Shown here: piece by piece, positions 1-8,878 of the stretch | How positions within the stretch are numbered: the first letter of the stretch is position 1 | Layout: each line of letters begins with the position of its first letter | IMG/VR virus record: IMGVR_UViG_3300042868_003730 | Location: 64,001 to 128,000 of that record | Source: a virus | Direction: 5' to 3' (one strand) | Length of the DNA stretch: 64,000 nt | Program-made: the position numbers and the translations under genes | Notes under the pieces: generated by a model | Told to the model about the DNA's origin: nothing | The model's database searches: none | Seen by the model: only the letters and a program-made list of their open reading frames with translations

Positions 1-255
1 GACACAAACCGACTTGAACAAGATATTCTCAATTATTGCAAAGAACGCAATATGGAGAAGGTCGATGTTATCCGAGCTGATCTTATTCAGCAGCGATCGA
101 AACTTGACTTCTTTATGAGCAAGTTCATTGACAAGTATGGCTCTAAGTTGGATGAGAAGCGCAATGACTCATACAACCGATTCTACACTGACAAGAGCAA
201 TGAATATTCCGGTATTAATCGTCTACTTCGAGTAATTGATGCATACAGCAAATAA
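1..255 (+). CDS. hypothetical protein, possibly 5'-truncated by the window edge
   Basis: The frame of ORF 52..255 has no stop back to position 1. No recognisable motif. Confidence 0.5.
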   Translation, partial: DTNRLEQDILNYCKERNMEKVDVIRADLIQQRSKLDFFMSKFIDKYGSKLDEKRNDSYNRFYTDKSNEYSGINRLLRVIDAYSK

Positions 256-538
256 TTTTTCAATCTTTGATCAGGAAATGCTGTTGAATATTGATATCGA
301 TAGCGCAAGTAATTTCCTGTTCCGTAACTCCTCGGAGTTCAGTCAATTCGTGGAACTAACCTCGATTCGTGAGGGACGTAGTTGTACTAGTATTATTCTT
401 GCCTACTGTGAGGATAAGGATCTAGACCCCGAAGACATCTCTAAATTGATATCAAAGCCACTTCGTGAGAAGTTGATGATCGAGATGCAAGAGGATGGCT
501 TGTTACCACGGAGCACTGCTACTTTAGAATTTGAATGA
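236..538 (+). CDS. gp33: late promoter transcription co-activator (T4 gp33-like)
   Basis: SIILAYCEDKDLDPEDISKLISKPLREKL..E..E..LL is the gp33 core pattern; gene order is 33-59-32. Exact start uncertain. Confidence 0.85.
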   Translation: MMHTANNFSIFDQEMLLNIDIDSASNFLFRNSSEFSQFVELTSIREGRSCTSIILAYCEDKDLDPEDISKLISKPLREKLMIEMQEDGLLPRSTATLEFE

Positions 539-1095
539 TGGATGCGTTTCAAGTATACAAGTTATACCAGGCTGTCAGGTTACACTTCTCTAATGAGAAG
601 TATGACATTATTGTACACCGTGGTAAAATGAAACATTGTTCAGAATCGGCATTCTATGAGAAGCCAGGAAGTAGGAAGTTCCATTTCTTATCTAAGCAAT
701 TGGCTGACCCACAACAGGCAGTACAGTTCTTCATTTCCTGCTTCGCATATGATGCAGATGTATTTGATTCAACGTCAGCTGACGCAGCATTCTTTCTTTG
801 GAAGAAGAATAAAGAAATGCTAACTCAGTTGATTCTTGATGATATTGAGCAGATTGGTGATATTACTTCTGCCTTATCTGGCGATCCCTGCAAACTACAA
901 CAATTGGTTGCTGGTGGTCATGTTAATATCGAAACTGCAGTTGCCTTAAATAAGTTTCTGAATTATTCTTCCTCTTGGAAAAATAATTTTGCATATAAGG
1001 GATTAGCAGGTAAAATTGAAAAGTTAAATGCTTTCGTTAAATTCAATGAGTCAAAAGTAAATGAAGTTCTCCAACATGAACAACAATTCGCGTAA
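535..1095 (+). CDS. gp59: helicase loader (T4 gp59-like)
   Basis: N-terminal AFQVYKLYQAVRLHFSNEKYD motif; lies between gp33 and gp32. Confidence 0.9.
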   Translation: MMDAFQVYKLYQAVRLHFSNEKYDIIVHRGKMKHCSESAFYEKPGSRKFHFLSKQLADPQQAVQFFISCFAYDADVFDSTSADAAFFLWKKNKEMLTQLILDDIEQIGDITSALSGDPCKLQQLVAGGHVNIETAVALNKFLNYSSSWKNNFAYKGLAGKIEKLNAFVKFNESKVNEVLQHEQQFA

Positions 1096-1270
1096 CAAGT
1101 TCCAAAAATATGAATCTGCTTTCGATAGGAAAGCAAAGAAGGCTGAACAACTTCGGTTTCGAAACACTCGCGAAAGAATGGAACTAAATAGCAGGTCAGA
1201 AGATGATTACGATCCATATTTTGTAATTGGACACGATGATATCGATGATGAGAAAGAGAATCTGGAGTAA
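1061..1270 (+). CDS. small charged hypothetical protein
   Basis: 69-aa ORF filling the gap between gp59 and gp32; basic centre and acidic tail. Confidence 0.5.
   Translation: MKFSNMNNNSRNKFQKYESAFDRKAKKAEQLRFRNTRERMELNSRSEDDYDPYFVIGHDDIDDEKENLE
1184..1190 (+). promoter_or_regulatory. putative late promoter (CTAAATA) upstream of gp32
   Basis: Same heptamer as the intergenic late-promoter motif elsewhere in the window, about 130 nt before gp32. It lies inside a small ORF. Confidence 0.4.
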
Positions 1271-1300
1271 ATCTCCATTAACCACAGGGGTAAATCCCCT
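1263..1300 (+). promoter_or_regulatory. twin hairpins with identical TAAAT loops in the gp32 leader
   Basis: TGGAG-TAAAT-CTCCA (1263-1277) and AGGGG-TAAAT-CCCCT (1286-1300), upstream of the AGAGGA RBS. Confidence 0.55.
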
Positions 1301-1320
1301 TCAAAAGGAAAGAGGACACT

Positions 1321-2232
1321 ATGTCTATTAGTATTGCAGATCTACGTAAGGCTCGGTCAACTGATTTTGGTGCTATCTCCAAGGCACTTACAAAAACGAC
1401 TGAGGGTAAGTCTGATGATGGCGACTTCTTCAAACTGGAGAAAGACAAGGCTGGCAATGCCTCGGCTGTTATTCGTTTCTTGCCAAAGCACCCAGATGAT
1501 GAACTTCCTTGGGTGACTGTCTATAATCATGCCTTCCAAGGTCCATCGGGTCGCTGGTTCATTGAGAACAGTCGGACGACTATCAATGATGCCGATCCTA
1601 TCTCTGAAGCCAATCGTGCTCTCTGGGCAACGGGTAGTGAAAAGGACAAGGATCTTGCTCGCAAGCAAAAGCGCAAGACGAACTATATTACCAATGTTCT
1701 GGTTATCAGTGATCCAAAGAATCCTGATAACGAAGGCAAGGTAATGCGTTTCAAGTTCGGCAAGAAAATCTTTGAGAAGATCATGGATAAGGCGAAGCCG
1801 ACGTTTGAAGATGAGAAGCCAGTGAATGTGTTTGATGCATTCGAAGGTGCAGAGTTCAAACTTCGTATGCGTCAGGTTGATGGCTATCCAAACTATGATA
1901 CCTCTATCTTCAGCGAACCAAAGCCTATCGCTGAGTCAGATGAGGAAATCGTAGCAGTTGTCAATCAGATGAAGAGCCTGAAGGAGTTCGTTGATCCGAA
2001 GAACTTCAAGAGCTACGATGAACTGAAGCGTAAGTTCGAGTCCGTTATGTCAGGCAGTGTTGCTTCTAGTGCGAAAGCCGAAGCAGTTGCTGAGCGTATG
2101 CGGGAAGAGCCAGCTCCAGTGGCACAGAAACCTGTTGGTAAGGTTGCTGAGGCAAAGTCAACTACCAAGCCAGCTTGGGAAGAGGATGATGACCAATCGG
2201 TAGAGGATTACTTTAAGAGCATCGCTAACTAA
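1321..2232 (+). CDS. gp32: single-stranded DNA-binding protein (gp32)
   Basis: GNASAVIRFLP, HAFQGPSGRWFIENS, FKFGKKIFEKI, GYPNYD.S.F and an acidic tail ending DYFKSIAN. Confidence 0.97.
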   Translation: MSISIADLRKARSTDFGAISKALTKTTEGKSDDGDFFKLEKDKAGNASAVIRFLPKHPDDELPWVTVYNHAFQGPSGRWFIENSRTTINDADPISEANRALWATGSEKDKDLARKQKRKTNYITNVLVISDPKNPDNEGKVMRFKFGKKIFEKIMDKAKPTFEDEKPVNVFDAFEGAEFKLRMRQVDGYPNYDTSIFSEPKPIAESDEEIVAVVNQMKSLKEFVDPKNFKSYDELKRKFESVMSGSVASSAKAEAVAERMREEPAPVAQKPVGKVAEAKSTTKPAWEEDDDQSVEDYFKSIAN

Positions 2233-2244
2233 AGTAGTTCATCC

Positions 2245-2275
2245 AAAAGAAAGGCAGCTTCGGCTGCCTTTTCTT
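2245..2275. terminator. bidirectional intrinsic terminator between convergent genes
   Basis: AAAGGCAGC-TTCG-GCTGCCTTT stem with a UUCG tetraloop, flanked by A-rich and T-rich tracts. Confidence 0.9.
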
Positions 2276-4053
2276 CATCCAACCAAATAACGAGATAGTC
2301 TGTTATTGTATGAGACTTCTGGATTCCTGATCGGAGTTTTTACTGACCCAGAAGATCCTTTATTGTTATTGATAATAGTCGTCGGAGAATTATTCAAAAG
2401 AGTCGGAGCAGCTGGCTCTTCTTTCTTATTATTCATCGTCTGGAGATCGTCAGTACTCGCTGCTAATGCACCAGTCTGCGAAACTCTATTTGGCATCGAT
2501 GGTTTCTCAGCATCAGGACCAGCACCAAACAATGAAGCAATTCCCTTTGATGCAGTATCCTTACCAAGTAATCCGAAGGTAAGCCCAGAAGCCGCACTAC
2601 CAGCAGCGGAGGATAGTTTCTCACCAAGAGTTGCATCTCTGCCCTCGATGCCTAGATTTTCACCTGCCTCATTAAAGCCAGAGTATGCATCATAAGCAGC
2701 CATACCTGCCATTGCAAGTGGACCTGCCTTTCCAAGAGCACCCTTTAGGAATCCACCTGCTTTACCAAGACCACCAAGTGCTTTACTTGCCATTCCTGGT
2801 GCCTTCGCAGCACCACCAGCTATAGCCTTACCTGCGCCGAGGACTGGTGCAGCCAGTTTCGCTGCACCACCAAGTAATTTCCCACCAATTCCTGATAAGG
2901 CACCCATCAGCATTCCAGGAAGTCCTTTGAGCAAACTTCCGAAATTACCGAACATATCCATGATGGACTTCAACCATCCACCACCTTCTGCTTCTTTCTT
3001 CTTATCTTCTTTCGGGTCTTGAATCGAAGTAAGCATATTGTCTTTATTCTTAGACTCTAACTTATCTTCTTCTGAAGCAGTGCTTGCTCGAACGAGAGCA
3101 ACCAATTGATCAAGTTGTTTCTCATTAATCTCTGTCAGACTTCCAAGTGCACCTTCAAATACACCCTTTAGGTATTCTGGATCAGCTGTGTTTAATGCTT
3201 TCTTTTCTTCAGGCGATAGAACAGAGATCTCTGACTTAACACCCTCTGCAACTCCAGCAAGAAGATCCTCTGTTTTCTTGCTACCCATTGGCTTCTCGCC
3301 AGCTGAGAAATCAGTTGCTTCTTTCTTGAGATTCTGAGCAGAAACCAGTCTGGCGGTGTCTTCTTCTGAGAGACTACCACCGAATGACTTGGCTTCTTTC
3401 TGCTTTGCTTCTAACTCAGCGATTATTGGATCAGCCTTGGCGATATCTTTATATCTGCGTTCACCTTCAGCTGTAACTCTTTTCATCCCATCCGCATCAC
3501 CTGGTTTACCTCGTAGCTCTCTTCCCTTTTCAGTGAACTCACCGAAGTTAGCAATAAACTCAGCCTTCTTTGCTTTCTTTTCTTTTCTCTGAAGTATAGA
3601 ACCTAGAACAGCACCCTTCAGTGAACCATCATCTCGACCAATACCAGCCATTCCAGCCACACCCTCTAGGCTAAAAGCCTTCTTTACACTGGCAACTTTT
3701 CCTTGAACATATCCAGCAAGACCCTTCTTCTTTTCTTCCTGCTGCCTTTTGTAACCAAACTGCATTGTCTTGGTCAATTCAGAAACTGCTTTGAGTAGTT
3801 TCTTATCTACATCGATAGCATCCTGCTGGACGTCATTCGATTCTTCCATAAGTTTCGCAGAAGCGGAACTATTATCTCTCTCAACTGATGCTTTCGCGGA
3901 AGATGTTGACGACTGTACTGGCTGAGTAACTTCTGGTTGTTGAATAACTTCAGGTGCGGCTTGTTCCTCGGCATTTCTATTATAATTTGCCTGCACTACG
4001 CGCTGACTAAGTTTCATCTTAGTCGCTTTCGTTTTTTGTCTTACCTTAGCCAT
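2275..4053 (-). CDS. tape measure / baseplate hub protein (T4 gp29-like)
   Basis: 592 aa, helical, with a Gly/Ala-rich hydrophobic segment (GALGKAGPLAMAGMAAYDAY) and a C-terminal NNSPTTIINNN motif. Lies directly downstream of the gp26/gp51-like genes. Confidence 0.7.
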   Translation of the reverse strand: MAKVRQKTKATKMKLSQRVVQANYNRNAEEQAAPEVIQQPEVTQPVQSSTSSAKASVERDNSSASAKLMEESNDVQQDAIDVDKKLLKAVSELTKTMQFGYKRQQEEKKKGLAGYVQGKVASVKKAFSLEGVAGMAGIGRDDGSLKGAVLGSILQRKEKKAKKAEFIANFGEFTEKGRELRGKPGDADGMKRVTAEGERRYKDIAKADPIIAELEAKQKEAKSFGGSLSEEDTARLVSAQNLKKEATDFSAGEKPMGSKKTEDLLAGVAEGVKSEISVLSPEEKKALNTADPEYLKGVFEGALGSLTEINEKQLDQLVALVRASTASEEDKLESKNKDNMLTSIQDPKEDKKKEAEGGGWLKSIMDMFGNFGSLLKGLPGMLMGALSGIGGKLLGGAAKLAAPVLGAGKAIAGGAAKAPGMASKALGGLGKAGGFLKGALGKAGPLAMAGMAAYDAYSGFNEAGENLGIEGRDATLGEKLSSAAGSAASGLTFGLLGKDTASKGIASLFGAGPDAEKPSMPNRVSQTGALAASTDDLQTMNNKKEEPAAPTLLNNSPTTIINNNKGSSGSVKTPIRNPEVSYNNRLSRYLVG

Positions 4054-4056
4054 ATG

Positions 4057-4236
4057 TTACCCTTGTTGTTTCTGAGACTTTTGTTTTTCTATTAGCGTGT
4101 TAAGCATCTGAATATAAATCTCTCGCTCATAAGGAAGCATATTGTCAATTTCAGTTAGTGAGTATTTGTGTATTTGCACTAACTGAAAGTTTGTGTCATA
4201 ATGATTGAATAGCGTCTCGTGGGAGAGATTTATTAA
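4057..4236 (-). CDS. gp51-like baseplate hub assembly / tail chaperone C-terminal segment; no canonical start, probable -1 frameshift extension
   Basis: Not in the ORF track. Reads LINLSHETLFNHYDTNFQLVQIHKYSLTEIDNMLPYEREIYIQMLNTLIEKQKSQKQQG*, matching the small 'gp51' ORF of cyanophage-type T4-likes (NF.L.Q.HKYSLTEI.NM.P.ER.IY). Confidence 0.8.
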   Translation of the reverse strand, partial: LINLSHETLFNHYDTNFQLVQIHKYSLTEIDNMLPYEREIYIQMLNTLIEKQKSQKQQG

Positions 4237-4943
4237 AAAAAATTGTTCAGACCCTTTACGTGTTTATTATGTTCTACTTTACAAACTGGACAGGTATACT
4301 TTACTGCAATCCTAACAAGTGGCATTGTCTCGAAGAAATCCTCGAGCATCTTGTTCTGTTTGCTAGTCAAACTATCCATGAATGCTTTTAGTTCAGATTC
4401 AGTTTCTTCAGCAACATGGTATACGTCATCTTCGACATAAATAGTTTCCATCGCTGCCAAGACTGCTTTCTGCTTAGCATCTTCCTCAGTTGAATTCTGA
4501 ATCTCAATCAATTCATCCATTGTCGGATATTTCATCAGAACAGTGATTGTATCAGATAGTTTGACCTTATTGCTATGCTCTTCAGGAGTAAACACTTCAA
4601 CTGTTCGTAAGTCAATCTGGATCTTTGCTTTGGCTTCTGGATCCTCACAGGTATCACAGCGGAATACTAACTCGCTGAACTCACCAACGGACTTTGATCG
4701 AATAAAGGTAAACAGATACTCAAGATCGAAACTCGTCATATTCTCAACAAGTTCAGATGGCTCGATACAGTTCTCAACTACTTGTTTCAAAGTAGTCAAC
4801 ATCACTGCTAGGTCTTCTGACTCTTGAGCAGCTAACAGAGCACGTTCTTCTTTTACTCGGAATGGACGATACTTTGCTTTCTTCTTTGTTGATGGAATAG
4901 TAATCGGGTATAGTGGGGTTGGGTTAACTTCAGATAATCTCAT
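4233..4943 (-). CDS. gp26: baseplate hub assembly protein / tail assembly chaperone (gp26-like)
   Basis: P.Y.ITIPST.KK.KYRPF.VKEE..LL.A.ES, DLEYLF..IRSKSVGE and two CxxC pairs; ends GLNNFF*. Confidence 0.85.
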   Translation of the reverse strand: MRLSEVNPTPLYPITIPSTKKKAKYRPFRVKEERALLAAQESEDLAVMLTTLKQVVENCIEPSELVENMTSFDLEYLFTFIRSKSVGEFSELVFRCDTCEDPEAKAKIQIDLRTVEVFTPEEHSNKVKLSDTITVLMKYPTMDELIEIQNSTEEDAKQKAVLAAMETIYVEDDVYHVAEETESELKAFMDSLTSKQNKMLEDFFETMPLVRIAVKYTCPVCKVEHNKHVKGLNNFF

Positions 4944-5350
4944 AGTTTTTTCATCTTCTCCATAATTATTGCATTCATTTCAGAGGTAGTACCAATGAAG
5001 GCTACATTATTAGTTACATTAGCAGTCGGTATATTCTTCTCAGTTGACTTCTCAAGAATCTTTCTTTTCTTCTCATGCACGTCCAGCAATTGAGAATTCA
5101 TATCAGATACTGTCTTCAGCATTGTTGCTAGTACTTCATATGACCTTGGTGTTTCGCTTTGAATGGCAATTTCTAGCGCACTCTCAATGGCTCTGTTACC
5201 GAGGTTGAGAAGTCCTTTGATGTTTGTTCTTGCCAGTTCTGCGTCTGTTGAAACAGTTGAGTCTTTATCATCTTCGGAGATTGTGGGAAGTATAACCCGA
5301 TCCATCGGAACTGGTTCTACATCAAATACCTCGGAAATCTTTTTACTCAT
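4940..5350 (-). CDS. gp16: terminase small subunit (gp16-like)
   Basis: ARTNIK.L...G..AIE.ALEIA.QSETPRSYEVLATM.K...D...LL and C-terminal VTNNVAFIGTTSEM are typical of gp16. Confidence 0.85.
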   Translation of the reverse strand: MSKKISEVFDVEPVPMDRVILPTISEDDKDSTVSTDAELARTNIKGLLNLGNRAIESALEIAIQSETPRSYEVLATMLKTVSDMNSQLLDVHEKKRKILEKSTEKNIPTANVTNNVAFIGTTSEMNAIIMEKMKKL

Positions 5351-5631
5351 TGTTCTTTAGAAACTGCGTCAGATGCGTTATTTATTCTCGCAATTTTCTC
5401 TTGACCGCGAGTAAATGCCGAGACGCCAAGAATCGCTCCGAATGAGATATGGAATAATCCAGACCCAACCAGAGTTAATGGTTGCCACTGAGAATTGACA
5501 TTACCATTATAAAATGTCTGGATAATTGACCAGAGAATTGGCGCAACAACAAAATCAAATAAACAAATAACCAAATACACAATGGCAGTAATTGGTCGCC
5601 ATTTATTTTGCAACCAAGTTTCTGGTGTCAT
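5347..5631 (-). CDS. holin-like membrane protein (3TM / GTA-holin type)
   Basis: KWRP..A.VY..IC.FDFV.AP.....WQPLTL.G.GLFH..FGAILGVSA.TRGQEK with hydrophobic helices. Confidence 0.7.
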   Translation of the reverse strand: MTPETWLQNKWRPITAIVYLVICLFDFVVAPILWSIIQTFYNGNVNSQWQPLTLVGSGLFHISFGAILGVSAFTRGQEKIARINNASDAVSKEQ

Positions 5632-6869
5632 TAGTATTTTCCTCTGGTAACATCGGATTGAAGTTGTGATGCTGCACCGGAAACATCATTACCTCTGGTG
5701 TTATATACACTACCCATTTTACCAACAGAATCAGCGATCTGTTGGCTTCCACCAGGAATACTGTTCATTGAATTGGTCAGACTAGAGAAGATTGATCCAA
5801 CTCCTGATAAGTTCGCACCAATAGCACCAAGATGACCAGGAATACCTGCGACATTTGACACAACAGCAAGTTTGCCACCAATTCCCAATAGATTGGTTTG
5901 TATACCTGCGAATGGTGCCCCAAGTCCCAGAGAACTTGCTGCTGAGTTAATAGCACCAAGTGTATTTGCGATACCGACCGTAGCATTAGTGAGTGCAGCT
6001 AATGGTGCGGTGATGTTGTTGATTCCTTCTCCAAGCCCACCAAGAGCAGCACCAAAATCACTGGAACTCTTTCCAAGAGAAAGAATACCACTACCGAAAG
6101 CAGAAGTATTTGCATTTCCTCCAGGTGCTGTGCTTAACAAAGCATAGGAAGCAGAACAACTTCTTGATGTGTCGGATGCGAAATCTCTGCCGAGGGCAAC
6201 TGCACCACCAGAAAAGTTATTCGAGAATCCTGAACCACTACCAGCTGTTGCGTAGCCGAGATATTCAGCAGAACCATCTTTTGCCAATGCTGCCACACCA
6301 CTCTCTGATTTTTTAGTCGTGAACAGTTCTAGTTTATTGCTAATTTCATTCCCTGCTTCATCCATGGGAATTTGAGTCCAGTATTTGAATACCAGAGATA
6401 CGCGCACTCTGATGATATCTTTATTCTCGAAACCGAAACTAATATCCTGTATTGATTTCGGATATGCCTCAAAGACTCTGGCACAATAAACTATTTTACT
6501 TTCTTTATCAGTTACGATGACATCTAATTGTTTAGTGTAATCTGAATAATATCCTACATTTCTTGTTGTTTTATTTACAACTGCGTTAGACCATTGTTCG
6601 AAGTATTGTTTAACTATCATCTTCCTGTCAGATATAAATGATAGTTCCATACTTGGATATAATGGCATATACGGTACTTCTCTATTTTCACCGAATATTC
6701 TAATATCTGTTGTTGAGTTTGTTAACCCAGGAAGGTTAACGCTGTCGCACATTAAACTAACTTCTTTACCAGTGGAGTCACCAAACACCACATAGTAGTG
6801 CGTTCCTGTGAGCAGTCCTTCAGATTTTACCTTAGAGATAAACTCATTTAATGTTGCCTTTGAATCCAT
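5631..6869 (-). CDS. gp54: baseplate-tail tube initiator (gp54-like) with a long Gly/Ala/Ser-rich C-terminal extension
   Basis: N-terminal tube-fold motifs: MCDSVNLPG, R.VPY, YFEQW, NVGYYSDY, FEAYPKSI, V.VSLVFKYW. Confidence 0.75.
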   Translation of the reverse strand: MDSKATLNEFISKVKSEGLLTGTHYYVVFGDSTGKEVSLMCDSVNLPGLTNSTTDIRIFGENREVPYMPLYPSMELSFISDRKMIVKQYFEQWSNAVVNKTTRNVGYYSDYTKQLDVIVTDKESKIVYCARVFEAYPKSIQDISFGFENKDIIRVRVSLVFKYWTQIPMDEAGNEISNKLELFTTKKSESGVAALAKDGSAEYLGYATAGSGSGFSNNFSGGAVALGRDFASDTSRSCSASYALLSTAPGGNANTSAFGSGILSLGKSSSDFGAALGGLGEGINNITAPLAALTNATVGIANTLGAINSAASSLGLGAPFAGIQTNLLGIGGKLAVVSNVAGIPGHLGAIGANLSGVGSIFSSLTNSMNSIPGGSQQIADSVGKMGSVYNTRGNDVSGAASQLQSDVTRGKY

Positions 6870-6871
6870 GA

Positions 6872-7462
6872 TTACCAGTGCGCTTTCTTAGATGATTCTT
6901 TCCATACCTGTTCTTTGGATGCGCCGACGAATCTCTGTACTGGCATTAACATAGCCGTATACCAGGATTCATGGGGGATTTCGCAGAATGGGGACTTTAC
7001 GTGCGGAAGAAGGTATTGTTTAATGCAAGGTGCCGCTGCCTTTAGACGAGACATTCCCTGGATCAAATCCCAAGAATACTTAATCTTAGCAGTATCCGTC
7101 CCACCCTTCTCATAGATGGATGTCAGTTCTTTGAATAGCATCATACGAGGACGATAGTCCAGATAATGAAGATTCAATCCAATGAAACCATTCTCTGTCT
7201 TTGCATAAGGAATAACTAAAGGAAACTGGTCATAGTAAGGCAGAGTTTCTTTGAACTTTGGATCATAGTAAAAGAAGATTGGTCGACCAGGCACTAGGCG
7301 AGAAGTCAAGTTCATACCACCATCACCAATCATAATTCTGTTGGGTGTGATTTTCTTGGTTGACAACATCTTTACTTGGTCGTCAAACCATCTTTTTGAA
7401 TTCACAACTTGACTTGGATCAATATGATACAACTCAAGTGAGGTCTTTCTTTCTCTTGCCAT
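6872..7462 (-). CDS. gp2: DNA end protector protein (gp2)
   Basis: FFYYDPKFKETLPYYDQFPLV, GFIGLNLHYL, PCIKQYL..HVKS. Confidence 0.95.
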   Translation of the reverse strand: MARERKTSLELYHIDPSQVVNSKRWFDDQVKMLSTKKITPNRIMIGDGGMNLTSRLVPGRPIFFYYDPKFKETLPYYDQFPLVIPYAKTENGFIGLNLHYLDYRPRMMLFKELTSIYEKGGTDTAKIKYSWDLIQGMSRLKAAAPCIKQYLLPHVKSPFCEIPHESWYTAMLMPVQRFVGASKEQVWKESSKKAHW

Positions 7463-7468
7463 ATTTCC

Positions 7469-7906
7469 TTAGAACAATTGTTTCTCGGTTAGTACGATGA
7501 ATTCCATATTGTGCTTCTTACAATATGCATCAGCACTTTTCCACTTCTCTGTATTTACAGCATAGGTAGCCATCTCAGTCAGAAACTTCTTGGTCTTTCT
7601 AGTCTGCTTCGGAGGTTCCGTTTGCGCCGAAGGTTTAATTTCCACTGCGTATTTCTTTATATCACCAGTTCTTGTCTTTACCATAATGACAAAGTCAACA
7701 AAGTATCTGTGCGGTCGTTTATCAACTGGTGATATATAAGGAATAACTAATTCTTCGTTGTTGTACTTTAACACTGAAGGATTCGCGTCGCACCAATTTA
7801 GAAACTTCAACTCCCAGCTGCTACGATAGAAGATATTGTTAATATCACCTACGTATTTCTCTGGTCGTTTTGGTTTGAAATATCCCTGAATATAGTGCCG
7901 CGCCAT
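7469..7906 (-). CDS. gp4: head completion protein (gp4, TnsA-like nuclease fold)
   Basis: PKRPEKYVGD, IFYRSSWELKF..WCD, IPYISPVD...HRYFVDF, EIKP..QT. Confidence 0.95.
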   Translation of the reverse strand: MARHYIQGYFKPKRPEKYVGDINNIFYRSSWELKFLNWCDANPSVLKYNNEELVIPYISPVDKRPHRYFVDFVIMVKTRTGDIKKYAVEIKPSAQTEPPKQTRKTKKFLTEMATYAVNTEKWKSADAYCKKHNMEFIVLTEKQLF

Positions 7907-7909
7907 TCG

Positions 7910-7939
7910 CTAAATATAATACTACTAACCATTATTTAG
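7910..7939. promoter_or_regulatory. divergent pair of late promoters (CTAAATA on both strands)
   Basis: CTAAATA at 7910-7916 (+, toward gp48) and TATTTAG at 7933-7939 (-, toward gp4) in a 42-nt intergenic gap. Confidence 0.8.
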
Positions 7940-7948
7940 ACCACCACA

Positions 7949-8878
7949 ATGGCAACTCCTCAAAAACGCTCTGTAACGTACAATACTCTCAAGTACGAGA
8001 TACAGAATTTACAGTACCCAGAGGATTTGGATACATCGGAACAATATGGTCAGAACAGAGTATTGTTCTTTATCAATGTCACTGGTGAAAGTAAATTGAA
8101 CAAGAATTCAATTTACCCTGAGCGAATAGTAGTAGATATTCCTCCGAATGAATACAAGAATTCTGTTGGAAGAGAATCACTTGAGAAAGCAACCGAGAAA
8201 ATTGGTCTTGGTGGAGCATTGAGAAGTACGTTACCAATGAAGAGGTTAACCTCTGCTATTAGCCTATATATCCCAAATGATCTTAGTACCTCGTATGGTG
8301 TTACATGGGGAGATGGAGAAGAGTTAGCGGGTAGTGGTCTTTTTGCGCAACTAGGTTCTGATGTGACTAGTGGTAAAGCGGGATTTGGGGATGCGGCTGC
8401 AAGTGCAGCTCTAACTGGAGTCGCGCAAACAGTCTTAAAAAATTCTAAGTCTGTTCAGAAAATTTCAAGGACTACACAAAACACAAAGAAAGAACAATTA
8501 TTCCAGGGTGTTGATTTTAGAACTATAAATTTCTCTTATCAATTCGCACCAAAGAATGAGTTTGAAGCAGCTAATGTTCTTGACATTATTCGAACATTTC
8601 GTCACCATATGCTTCCTGAGTTCGCAGATGAGAATCAGTTTATCTATATCTACCCTTCTGAATTTGAGATCAAGTATTTTAGGGGTGACCAAGAAAGTGA
8701 ATTCCTCGAGCGACACTTTACTGCTGTGTTGACAAATTGTAACATAAACTACACACCGAATGGGCAATTTGTTACATTCGAAAATGGAATGCCTTCTCAG
8801 ATAAACATGACCTTGACATTCAAAGAACTGTTCTTGGCATCCAAAGAAACATCAAGTCAGTTTGAGGCTGGAAAATGA
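7949..8878 (+). CDS. gp48: baseplate tail tube cap (gp48-like)
   Basis: LQYPEDL, ISLYIP, EQLFQGVDFRTINFSYQFAPKN..EA..V..II..FR.HMLP, YPSEFEIKY. Confidence 0.9.
   Translation: MATPQKRSVTYNTLKYEIQNLQYPEDLDTSEQYGQNRVLFFINVTGESKLNKNSIYPERIVVDIPPNEYKNSVGRESLEKATEKIGLGGALRSTLPMKRLTSAISLYIPNDLSTSYGVTWGDGEELAGSGLFAQLGSDVTSGKAGFGDAAASAALTGVAQTVLKNSKSVQKISRTTQNTKKEQLFQGVDFRTINFSYQFAPKNEFEAANVLDIIRTFRHHMLPEFADENQFIYIYPSEFEIKYFRGDQESEFLERHFTAVLTNCNINYTPNGQFVTFENGMPSQINMTLTFKELFLASKETSSQFEAGK

Noticed and set aside
7469-7906. TnsA-like nuclease as a transposon or homing endonuclease
   Set aside because: Sequence and position next to gp2 match the core head completion gene gp4; no terminal repeats or other Tn7 genes.
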